A stretch of 56,415 bases of DNA. Source: Chthonomonadales bacterium (GTDB lineage Bacteria > Armatimonadota > Chthonomonadetes > Chthonomonadales > Chthonomonadaceae). The notes under the pieces were generated by a model that saw nothing but the letters and a program-made list of their open reading frames with translations, did not search any database and was not told the origin of the DNA. Positions 47,001 to 56,152 of the stretch are shown here, piece after piece (the stretch's first letter is position 1; each line of letters opens with the position of its first letter). The stretch is taken from NCBI GenBank assembly GCA_038217285.1, contig JBBQPO010000003.1, forward strand, positions 1-56,415, written 5' to 3'. A program made the position numbers and the translations under genes.

Positions 47001-49275
47001 GGCGCCCGGTACCAATGCCAACGTCTTCAACCGAAACCTGTTTATGTATTGGCCCACCAACCGCCGCCAGAACGTCAACGATACCTATATCGACCATGTC
47101 AATCGGACAGGTTTCCCGAACGGTACGGGACTCGTCACGTCGTTCGCGCCTTATGAACTGGCTGTAAGCAGTGTGCCTGCGCCGTATAGCGCGGTCGCCG
47201 GCACCAGCGTCGTCATCGGGGATTTCGACTTCGGGAATGTCCTGGGTGTCACCGGATCGGGCGCTCCGCTCTCCGCCTGGTGGACCCTGCCCGGCTGGCC
47301 GCTCCCCGGCTTCCTGCAGCAGCACGACAACACGACGGTCTACAACCTGTTCCCTTCGACTCCGTCGGGCACGATCCCCTTCCTGCCGGGGACCGCGAAT
47401 GTGGACACGATGCGGCTGACGAATCCGGCGGTAGCCCCAGCGCTCGACTTCTCTTCGGGCTACACCAACCTGAACCCGAACCTCCAGGAGGCCTATCTCT
47501 TCTGGCAGGGACAGGTGGACAAGCTGACACAGGCCAACAGCGGACAGTTCCAGACCCGGGACTCCCGCCTTCACTGGACGCGCCTATTCGGCGGCTTTAA
47601 GCCCGGCGTACCGAACGGCCCGATCTACTCTATGCCCGACGATCCGGGGCTTACCAAGCTGGCGCCGAAGCCGCTGCTCGTCATTCTGCCGACGGCAAAC
47701 GGCGCTCCCGCCCAGAAGTTCCTCTATGCCTTCTGGCACGCGGGCAACCAGTCGAACGCCTCGATCTACTATAACGCGATGGTCACGACCAACCTGGGCG
47801 CGGCGTTCACCAATAACGAGTGGCTTACAGACGGCGGCAGCCCGGCCAAACCGCTCGGCGACCTCAAGCTCCCGACACCGGGCGCGCTGGTGTGGCAGAG
47901 CGATCCGGCCCCGGTCTTCCGACATATCCTGGATCCCTACGATCCGCTCCAGATACGGATGATCGATGTGATCGATGTCGTCTTCACCGGTGTGCTGAAA
48001 GGCCGCCAGACCGTGGAAACGCTGCTCAGTCGCTACCAGATCAACCGGAACACGCCGGTCAATCCAGGCGATCCGCCGGTCGGCTCTCTGACCCTGCTGC
48101 CGTTGCCGCAGGTCGTGGGTGAGGTATTGACCCGATTCGGAAACACCAACACCTTCCAGGCGCGAGACGCGGCCTGGGCGCTTGGAACCGGGCCACAAGG
48201 TACGCTCGTCACTGCGGCCACGGCGGCGAATCCCGTCGTCGATGGGGCCAGCCAGATCTCGATCTTCGGGATCCCCGGCGGACTGGGCAACGCACCGGTG
48301 CTTCTCAATGCGCAGGCCGCGCCCAAGCAGACCACAGCGCAGCTCGGCAGGTACGATCAGGCGTCGGGCCTCCTGATCTACGACTCCGCACTGGGCGGGC
48401 AGATCCTGGTCGATATGCGCTCGGGCACGATCCGCTTCCCGCAGGTCGCGCCAGGGTCGGCAGATCGAATTCAGGTCAGCTATACTCCGTTCGTCATGCG
48501 ACTCAACACCTCGCGGGACGATTCGAATATAGACCGCACTCAGGTGGCAAACTTCGGCGCTATACCATTGGCACCTGGCTTCAACCCGACGGCGTCCATC
48601 ACGTCGTCCGGCAGCAACGCCAGTCCGGTCGTCGTCTTCGACAGGGGGCGCAACCCGCGCACACTGCTCGCCGCGCCGCAGGTGGTCTTCCCGAACGGGG
48701 CGAACCCGACCCTGGACCGGATGTGGGTGCTCTATCGCAAGAGCGATCCAAGCGGGGTGGCAAAATCGACCATCTACTACAAGTCCATGCGGCTGATGGT
48801 CAAACTGCCCTATCCCGTTCGCCTCAGCTCTGCGGTGCTGAACGGCCTGCCGATCCCACAGCAGATCCTGCCCGTTTCGGTCACCAAGGTAGGTGGCGGC
48901 GCGGTCGGACCGTACGAGGTAGACTTCGTGCGGGGACGTATCTACTTCACGGAGGCAAACGAAAACAGCCACATCGTAGTGAACTACAACTTCTATGTGC
49001 CGGGAACCACGAACTTCGGTAACTCCGGAAATCTGGTCTATCGCGTGGCCTGGGGGGATGAGATAAGCACCTCGATTCAGCAGGGCGACCAGACGACGGG
49101 CGAGACGGTTCTGCCGACCGACTCGGCGGTGAGCGAAGGACAGGTCGCGGCCTTTAAGGATCCGTTCCTCGACAAGCTGTGGGTCTTCTGGAGCAGTACG
49201 CGCGCCAGTTCGACCGATCTCTATTTCGAGTCGATCGCACCGCAGTTCTACCCGACCTTCAGCAACCAGCGCTAA
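41002..49275 (+). CDS. Giant secreted beta-propeller/beta-sandwich protein (2757 aa), candidate adhesin or scaffold
   Basis: Sec signal ending AQA; GNYGIDIYSPG...VTADAVRFV golvesin-like module; repeated GHVYAFDA/GHLYAINA blades with W-x-Y/W-P; C-terminal LWVFWSSTR..TDLY. Confidence 0.8.
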   Translation: MRYRSTLLLRKTGLGALVALFFALGTGVAQAQLPVFDGVDWLLDRGNVSFTGAPVSGIPLRTGANDFNNVANNPGHAVRKWVFPRTLDLTNGFSTTLPTVVVDNASASDPQNFQDTNNNIVRTSPGYAMQMGLNPQQMAHSYLTAGWALPLTPADQSVNDYRSPLGGFSRGNDPTQNYNFDYAYVLATHNDFAVQDPNTNTTRPASPGELAAMPYAPSYVYNAVQTALVNDPNPRSTYSTGTYNLPKGNYGIDIYSPGDGTNDVGVIRPNVNRAFVRVSWKNTVDVNGNIVKANTENPTFSRIYEVPLNQAGWIHVQGGGNALPVFPFDPANPQDQITVTIYSVTPDTYLGASDPVFGAAPVVTADAVRFVAHLAGTLALGPIAADGRILGPVVGTNKILKTVGGTPIADIQPLIFFAREEVVADPNLIIAVDPTQPISPGNPLIADPTATVTAPVFYCLDNQNGNVLGGDSDGFRRSIDQVRWRYVGTADAGNTTGTSSASPMIANVRCRDGNTRTMVYFMTTTAAQTLGHVYAFDAAGDRFAVGTRPAKTTQNYWTYPSYRPLTPAELATNKLPTEDHDPNYKNFVLGTYPAPVWGADIADPFFHYDGEIVPNPSQAGDFVVRSDTHLPLFGGMNGSPVIIDDPSNPAGGQILVIGNLNGHVYAFDAGGRGDFDPANNAVLGTTQRIWTWPHFGADAYYANNLIGTNRIANEPDLGTIASSLTYDPNYIAAGLTTKPILVPGGDGHLYAINAPHDVLVSYNPKTSTVVWQDRRNWVYPALDSSGLGGALSTVAIFQPNGAAIPYAYFTCQGRAYAVQEVPPVIAPTPPTINPLKWVYPNTPNPPFADPNDDTTAPLDPGFNGTAPVLLSQGALNASGAFAGSPAVNNDFCYVLEGNSTIIGLNAFDGTLLASGTTSTGSATSASPIATMLTGLLGDASTLVQTTNTQPAMVFADDSGAIFGLAARPDPGNVGPLGGGLLGQIWHHYEVQQSRIAAASLVNGLIIEGDEGGQLRAYGLGTGINGLGETLGSGEPVEPTLGPGALSIDMRVLDVFPKLDSVGNPVYDRMMLRVPGGKTANRKNAGGGYANSALPASGNIINGNTMYAADWGDSVYVAAAGVYHAQPRDTPGATGPPRITVVFTLTTSAGVLTSPPITVPPTTQALHGMAGEFWPDDLAILTPGEHDGLSIYGYDAASMMSSVLTGRNNNVYPWIAKYAFFINPGSNATNGAAGVINFVPGSGGYRITAIATLEQSGEPSTSVGARSVGQSDYTGLQTGFPASFATLGRPRTFAVTNPIAITTRGTTNMNDMTGAANRNVIGLFPSINAGINGNPGVRPANAGELINNGNRQNVPGFASANSAVKAIYAPFPMVPDGSTSTYSAVDNAGNRKDAFFIFDRSNLSQRGGRTLSVQILTSKAAWHGWSPSANPTVTGSSVMNPLPWEQFPNDRQDSLDYPSIPTSAFSILSPKGEDAVAGLVALNRPKYVGGLDPAVTRQLVETPFTMQLKVPLHQPANVNYGIHTFNGISFGSPYRDMSGVNRGDTTAGNAYDRHILGPLITNTGNQAALGSGPVYPAGGYIAGLTVRALPSGTPRQSSIYDPRVLYNTARGQGGAAATEAVRALDVGIAVPPGVKMRVAETTLNLGKLPHGTGYTPLTDPNNARSFQVPFAPNMTSGPGPFWDEPTLGGEFFRPFTLTNESNINLVDVRIAKLLGQNFSQIDGRTLSQYTDIRSGLENTAVAASLKFFSDQVNSQSIPPLYAVPFKNVPGAQGVGNAGVASSLDHYSSSSNPVTSLFAERAMWPFPNNFVVQADIDSANQNYGALLPTANSPANGIYGWFNGVQPQPTVGKPRVGDAQGRVATIPDQPYSGNATFPRPRIGLAIPLGTPVGTYSAPVYAFEDNTPLQWQEWLSHYSKPAGVTQNYPVPHDGILNVSPTGSPSEGYTDPGFVLTTTVRESKLTRQPTFGTLSMLDPFGIWNDPKHPELPVPPGSDIIPAVYMAPGTNANVFNRNLFMYWPTNRRQNVNDTYIDHVNRTGFPNGTGLVTSFAPYELAVSSVPAPYSAVAGTSVVIGDFDFGNVLGVTGSGAPLSAWWTLPGWPLPGFLQQHDNTTVYNLFPSTPSGTIPFLPGTANVDTMRLTNPAVAPALDFSSGYTNLNPNLQEAYLFWQGQVDKLTQANSGQFQTRDSRLHWTRLFGGFKPGVPNGPIYSMPDDPGLTKLAPKPLLVILPTANGAPAQKFLYAFWHAGNQSNASIYYNAMVTTNLGAAFTNNEWLTDGGSPAKPLGDLKLPTPGALVWQSDPAPVFRHILDPYDPLQIRMIDVIDVVFTGVLKGRQTVETLLSRYQINRNTPVNPGDPPVGSLTLLPLPQVVGEVLTRFGNTNTFQARDAAWALGTGPQGTLVTAATAANPVVDGASQISIFGIPGGLGNAPVLLNAQAAPKQTTAQLGRYDQASGLLIYDSALGGQILVDMRSGTIRFPQVAPGSADRIQVSYTPFVMRLNTSRDDSNIDRTQVANFGAIPLAPGFNPTASITSSGSNASPVVVFDRGRNPRTLLAAPQVVFPNGANPTLDRMWVLYRKSDPSGVAKSTIYYKSMRLMVKLPYPVRLSSAVLNGLPIPQQILPVSVTKVGGGAVGPYEVDFVRGRIYFTEANENSHIVVNYNFYVPGTTNFGNSGNLVYRVAWGDEISTSIQQGDQTTGETVLPTDSAVSEGQVAAFKDPFLDKLWVFWSSTRASSTDLYFESIAPQFYPTFSNQR

Positions 49276-49289
49276 AAGGAGAGATGACC

Positions 49290-49327
49290 GCGGAGAGGGA
49301 CAAGAGAAGCCTCTTGTCCCTCTTCGC
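49290..49327 (+). terminator. Strong hairpin after the 2757-aa gene
   Basis: GCGGAGAGGGACAAGAG-AAGC-CTCTTGTCCCTCTTCGC. Confidence 0.65.
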
Positions 49328-49401
49328 TGTCGTATAAGTTTTTTAAAAACCACGACAGGGATGCGCGTCGAAAAGGACGCGGCATTCGAAAGGAGTTCTC
49401 G

Positions 49402-50538
49402 TTGAAGATAGGATACGGACTGGTCGCAGCGCTGGCGGCCGCTTGCAGCGCGTCGGTGATCGCCCCGACGCAGGCGCAAGGCGTCAAACCGGCGAAGACC
49501 GTCAAAACCGCCTTGGCACTGGTGCCTGGCGGGATCGCAAACGAAGTCGTAGGCAGCATCGGTGACAAGAAGTTCACCTTCGGCGAGGTGATTGCCCGCG
49601 TTCAGCAGGAGAATCCGAACGGGTTTAAGCAGACCGTGGCGCAGCTCATCGGGCTGGACGCCGCCTCGTCGCTCTATGGCCCGGTTCCGAAGAGCAGCTA
49701 TGCGGTGACCAAATCCCAGGTGCTGACCATGCTGCGCGAGAAAAACCCGCAGGTGTTGGGCGACGCACTGAAGACGATGCTCGAGTTCGAGGCGGTGGAT
49801 CGCGAAGTGAAAAAGCAGGATGTCGTCGTCACCATCGATCAGGTCGATAAGCGCATCGATCAGTTTTTGACGCTGCTGCGCAAACGAGGGCAGATTCCGC
49901 AGGGCGTGACCGATGCGCAGTTCCTGACGCAGAACCATGTCACCCGGACCACCCTGCGCAAGAACTTCATGGTGCAGGCAAAACTGTTCACCCTGATTCA
50001 GAAGGACTTCGTCGAGAAGCGACTGGGACACAAGCTGACGCCGGATGACTTCTTCAAATCCCGGCACATTCTCATCAAGGTGCCTATGCCGGTGCCCGGT
50101 CAGTCTGCGGCGGATGTGAAAAAGGCGGACGATGCGGCGCTGGCGAAGATCACCCAGATCGCGGCGGACATCGCAGCCGGCAAGAAAACCTTCGAAGTGG
50201 CCGCGAAGGAGAGCAGCGAAGACGACGGCTCCAAAGAGATGGGCGGCGAACTCGGCGTACAGATGCGCACGGTCTTCGTCAAAGAGTTCGAAACCACGTC
50301 GTATCAGTTGAAGCCGGGCGAGGTCAGCAAACCGATACGCTCGCAGTTCGGCTATCATATCATTCAGTTGGAGCAGCGTGGCACCGGCATTCCCGAGGAG
50401 GATCGGCAGGCCTATCTCGACAACTTCGAGTCGGGACAGATGCAGGTCTATCTGCGGGAGCTGATGACGCGATACAAAGCCGTCAACAAACTGGCTCGAC
50501 CGGCGCCATCGATGCCGATGATGATGCCGGGGCAGTAG
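49402..50538 (+). CDS. Parvulin-type peptidyl-prolyl isomerase / foldase (PrsA/SurA-like)
   Basis: AAGGAG RBS and TTG; signal peptide; RHILIK, FEVAAKESSED.GS...GGELG, VKEFE, VSKPIRSQFGYHII. Confidence 0.92.
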   Translation: MKIGYGLVAALAAACSASVIAPTQAQGVKPAKTVKTALALVPGGIANEVVGSIGDKKFTFGEVIARVQQENPNGFKQTVAQLIGLDAASSLYGPVPKSSYAVTKSQVLTMLREKNPQVLGDALKTMLEFEAVDREVKKQDVVVTIDQVDKRIDQFLTLLRKRGQIPQGVTDAQFLTQNHVTRTTLRKNFMVQAKLFTLIQKDFVEKRLGHKLTPDDFFKSRHILIKVPMPVPGQSAADVKKADDAALAKITQIAADIAAGKKTFEVAAKESSEDDGSKEMGGELGVQMRTVFVKEFETTSYQLKPGEVSKPIRSQFGYHIIQLEQRGTGIPEEDRQAYLDNFESGQMQVYLRELMTRYKAVNKLARPAPSMPMMMPGQ

Positions 50539-50554
50539 GCCCGGTAGGCACCAG

Positions 50555-50583
50555 GTAACCGAACGGCAGCGGTTTCCGTCTAA
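50555..50583 (+). promoter_or_regulatory. Putative ECF-sigma promoter
   Basis: GTAAC-N17-CGTCTAA. Confidence 0.55.
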
Positions 50584-50689
50584 AACAGCATAACACGCGG
50601 AACGCACGCGGTCGGGCGCGAAATAGAGAATCTCTTGTTTCGGCCTCGACCGCGTGCGGCGTTTCTGGATCTCAAGGAGCACACAAACG

Positions 50690-51478
50690 ATGGTACGGAT
50701 ATCTGCCCTGAACAGGCTGAGTGTACTGACAGCGGGCGGGACGCTGCTGCTCGGCGTCACGCTCTGGACCTCCTCTCACAGCCAGTCTATCGAGAAGCCG
50801 GACACGCCGCTCAAAGTCGCCCTGGTGCTGGACTGCATCACGCAGCCGCGATTCCAGGAGGACATGAGAAATTTCGGCATGGAGCGACTCCTTCCTACGG
50901 CAGGCGGACATCTGGTGGCAGGCCAGCTTGTGCTCTCGACTCCGAAAGACCTTGATCTGTTCAAGACCGCTGAGAACTCCCACCGGGATTTCGTTATCGG
51001 TTTCTTCCACTGCGCGCATATACCCGGCAAATTGGTGTCGGTCGGCTCGGAGCTGGGACATCCGCCGCCTACGACGCCGGCAACAGATAGCCCGACCGCA
51101 AAAGGCGGTTTTCCTCCGATGGCGGAGGCGCTGGCTCTCTCCAATCCGGCGGCGAGCATCTCGCCGGTCTGCTACAGTCTGCGTCACCTCTATCATGGGG
51201 ATCGCAAAATCGCTTCGGAAGAGCAGATGAACGTCAGGCGGGAGATGGGCAAGGCGGCGCAAAAGGCTTTACCGAAACTGATGAAGGGGCAGGGGGCCGA
51301 GCAGGACGCGGGCGCCTGGCTAATCGTGACACGGCCCGTGCGGGCCATGAAGACCTCCTGTCTGAAATGCCATCAGGGCGCAAAAATGGGCGATACGCTG
51401 GGGGCGCTGGCCTACGCCGTCAACAAAAAGGCGTTTCCCAACGATCCGCCAGGCGTAAGCCCGCGGGGTGGCTTCTAA
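50690..51478 (+). CDS. Exported c-type heme protein (DUF3365/Tll0287-like C-terminus)
   Basis: AAGGAG RBS; N-terminal TM/signal; RPVRAMKTSCLKCH...GDTLGALAY. Confidence 0.75.
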   Translation: MVRISALNRLSVLTAGGTLLLGVTLWTSSHSQSIEKPDTPLKVALVLDCITQPRFQEDMRNFGMERLLPTAGGHLVAGQLVLSTPKDLDLFKTAENSHRDFVIGFFHCAHIPGKLVSVGSELGHPPPTTPATDSPTAKGGFPPMAEALALSNPAASISPVCYSLRHLYHGDRKIASEEQMNVRREMGKAAQKALPKLMKGQGAEQDAGAWLIVTRPVRAMKTSCLKCHQGAKMGDTLGALAYAVNKKAFPNDPPGVSPRGGF

Positions 51479-51564
51479 GCCGTCCGTCGTAACAAAACCG
51501 CATTTCGCCTTTCGGTTCCGTCGGGGCGGCGTTGTTCCAGGCGTTGTCAACGTAAAAGACAGAT

Positions 51565-53393
<1,829 letters not shown>

Positions 53394-53397
<4 letters not shown>

Positions 53398-54320
53398 CGC
53401 TCTACCAGTGTGTGCCGAACTTCAGCGAAGGGCGTCGTCGGGAGGTCGTCGAAGAGATTGCGGACGCCATTCGAGCCGTGCCGGAGGTGCGTCTGATCGA
53501 CTATTCGGCCGATCCCGACCACAACCGCTGCGTGATGACCATCCTGGGGCCTGGTCCGGGCGTGGCGGAGGCGCTGTTCGCCGCCGCTCAGGTCGCGGTG
53601 GCGCGGATCGACCTACGGACGCATACCGGCGTTCACCCTCGCGTGGGCGCGCTCGACGTCGCGCCCTTTGTGCCGCTGCAAAACGTCCGGGGGAATCTGG
53701 TCGTGGCCGAGGCGCAGAGGGACGAAGCAGTCCATCTCTCGGAGAGTGTGGGGCGGAGGATAGCAGAGGCACTGATGCTGCCGGTCTATCTGTACGAATG
53801 GTCGGCGCGCGCGGGGCGACCTTCCGCGTTGCCTGCACTGCGGCGCGGCGGCTTCGAAGGTTTGGGCGGACAGAGCCTGGCCGGTGAACGCGCTCCCGAT
53901 TTCGGTCCGGATCGGGCGCATCCCTCGGCAGGCATCGCCGTCCTCGGGGCACGCGGGCCGCTGGTCGCCTACAATATCGACCTCGATACAAACGACGTGA
54001 CCGTCGCCCGCCGCATCGCCCGCCATATTCGAGAGGAGCGCGACCGCCTGCCGCAACTAGAAGGAGTACGCGCCCTCGGCCTCTTCCTGCCGATCCGTGG
54101 AACCGCGCAAGTCTCCATGAACCTGACCCTGCCCCACAAAACGCCCCTGCCCGCCATCTTCGACTTCGTCCTCGCCGAAGCCCACCGCCTCGGCGCGGGC
54201 ATCCGGGCCAGCGAAATCATTGGCGCAATTCCACGCGCCTCCCTGGGCGGCCTCCCGCCCGCAGCCATCTGCTGGGACGATTACAAACCTGCTCAAATTC
54301 TGGAGAACTGGATTCCGTAA
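53394..54320 (+). CDS. ftcD: Glutamate formimidoyltransferase (no cyclodeaminase domain)
   Basis: CVPNFSEGR, DPDHNR, IDLRTHTGVHPRVGA.DV.PFVP, PDFGP, GAR.PLVAYN, QVSMNL; GTGA overlap with the ABC gene. Confidence 0.92.
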
Positions 54321-54403
54321 CTCTTTACGCAATGACGTGGCTACGGCTTGTCTGCTTCTACAGTGCGATATCCCTGCTCGGGATGCTGTTTCTGTTTAGT
54401 TTC

Positions 54404-56063
54404 TTAGGAGTTGGATTGCGCGCGAAACGCGCATGAATCGGTTAGTTCGGTTCACTGACAGCACCGGCCAAAGAGGGGATGACTACCATCTCCCTGAGTT
54501 TGAGTGCCGTGAGTGCGGCGCGCTTCCCAAGTGCGGTGAGGTAATACTTGTAAGTGTGCCCGACTTTCTTGATGAGCCCATGCAGATGCAGACGCTTGAG
54601 GATCCGCGAAACCTGCGCTCCCGTCAGACCAGACAGGTGCGGGCGAAGCGAAGCATTCTTGAAACCGCTTATCACGAACTCTCCCCGCACCAATGCGGTG
54701 AAGAGATCGACATCGGCCTTAGCGAAGAGATTGAAGCCCTGAAAGGTACGCTCGTCTTTTGTGCACCGTTTCCGCGATCTTCTCTACTTGCGGCAAACCT
54801 GCCGAAGGATCCTCGAGTTCCGAGAGAAACTCCAGGTAGCGGCGATTGGCCGCCACGAGGATCTCGCGGAGGGGAGAGAGACTGTAGATCGTCTTTTGCA
54901 TGGGCGCGAGCTTGAGTTCGCTGCTTCCGTCGCGATGTTTCACCGTCCGGTGATGTTTGAAGAAGGTGAGGTCGTTCACCGTCGTTTCAATGCGCAGAAC
55001 GATTGCCTGCTTGTCGTACATCTTGATGGCAGCGGGTCCCATGTGGTGTTTGATCCGCGTGCCTTCGATGCGCGTGTGGAAATCGTTGCCGAGTTCGTCC
55101 TCGAAGTTGCCGTGGAGTTTACGCCCCAGAAAGGTGGCGACGTTGTCGGCTTTGACGGCGTGGATGGCGGTGCGCACCAGCGTCTCATAGAGGGGACGCA
55201 GTTGCTCCTGTTTGCGGAACATGAGGTCGGTGGCATACTCTACCTGCATAACGCTCCAGTGGTAGCTCTCGGGAAAGTGACCAATCGCCGGGCAGTACTG
55301 GGCGGCGAGGTCGTCCAGAAGGCGATGCAGACGCTCCACCGGGAAGGCATCCGAAAGCTCCTGAGCGCGCTTGATGTCGGCGATCTGGAGGAAGGTATTG
55401 TCGGATTGGCGGAAGGAGATATTCTTTTGGGTCATCTGTCGGGCGAGCCAGTTATGTCCGTTGCAGTAAAACTGCAAGCGGAAGGGCGCCCAGGTCGGTA
55501 CGCGCAGGTAACACAGACCGAACTCCTCGTTGAGGAAGTAGAAGTAGTAGTGCAGACATTTGGCTTCTCGCCCCTTGAGGAAGGTGCGTCCCGTCTTTTT
55601 ATCGTGCCAGGGTTCAAAGGAAGGGCAGGCTTCCATCGCGGACAAGATGTGGACCAGTCCTGGTGCCCCTCCCCGCTGTGCGAGGATTTCCTGAATGCGG
55701 GCCTCTCTGCGAAAACTGCCACTTGCGCGGATGAACTCGATTTCCACGCCGTTCTCTTGGGCGACCCGCTCTGCGTTTTGGCGGATCTCGTCGCGCAGCG
55801 GCTCGGCAAAACGGGGATAGTCGAAGATGCGGATGTCGTGTGAGCGCAGGTAGGAAGACATTCCGTCGGCATAACAGACACCCGGTATGGTACCTGTGAT
55901 GACCAGGCGGTCAAAGCAGGAGAGAACACCGCAAATCTGTTCGGCATAGCGTTCGGTGAGTGCAGGCATGGAGCACCTCGTCAAGAGTGGAATTGCACAC
56001 CACAACAAAGATTATAACTGCGCCGTCAGAATCCTTCTTTGGTTCTGGCTACGCCAGGTTAGG
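54404..56063 (-). mobile_element. Putative IS-like element without terminal inverted repeats
   Basis: One large gene bracketed by TTAGG direct repeats (54404-54408 and 56059-56063) and subterminal hairpins GCGCG-AAA-CGCGC and CTGGC-TAC-GCCAG; boundaries inferred. Confidence 0.55.
54442..55969 (-). pseudogene. Transposase/Rep-like protein with C-terminal winged helix, split by a 1-nt frameshift
   Basis: ATG 55969 after GAGG; removing one T from TTTT at 54757-54760 joins the two ORFs into 508 aa (...ETVHKDERTFQGFNLF...RGEF..SGF.N...HGLIKKV..TYKYYLT); motifs CLHYYFYF, NGH.WL, IKMYDK...LRIETT. Confidence 0.75.
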
Positions 56064-56152
56064 TGGGCTATGTGCCTTCTCCTTTTGGGTACCTTACTAA
56101 CTCACGTTACGCAGCCGAGCTTTTTGTGAGACCGGATTTTCTCTTTCGCCGC

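Noticed and set aside
40870-49275. Shared C-terminal PTFS(D/N) in both giant proteins as a sorting signal
   Set aside because: Only 4-5 residues in two examples; in the 1703-aa protein it fits the L-x-x-P blade pattern of its own repeats
41323-50760. Very long minus-strand ORFs (1077, 781 and 1058 aa), and similar ones opposite pilB, pilT and the pilins
   Set aside because: Antisense shadows of GC-rich genes with strong codon bias; they have no motifs and overlap well-supported plus-strand genes
54338-54354. TGGCTACGGCTTGTCTG as an alternative element end resembling 56040-56063
   Set aside because: Similarity is weak and it lacks the hairpin; the TTAGG plus hairpin boundary at 54404 is better supported, though still unproven
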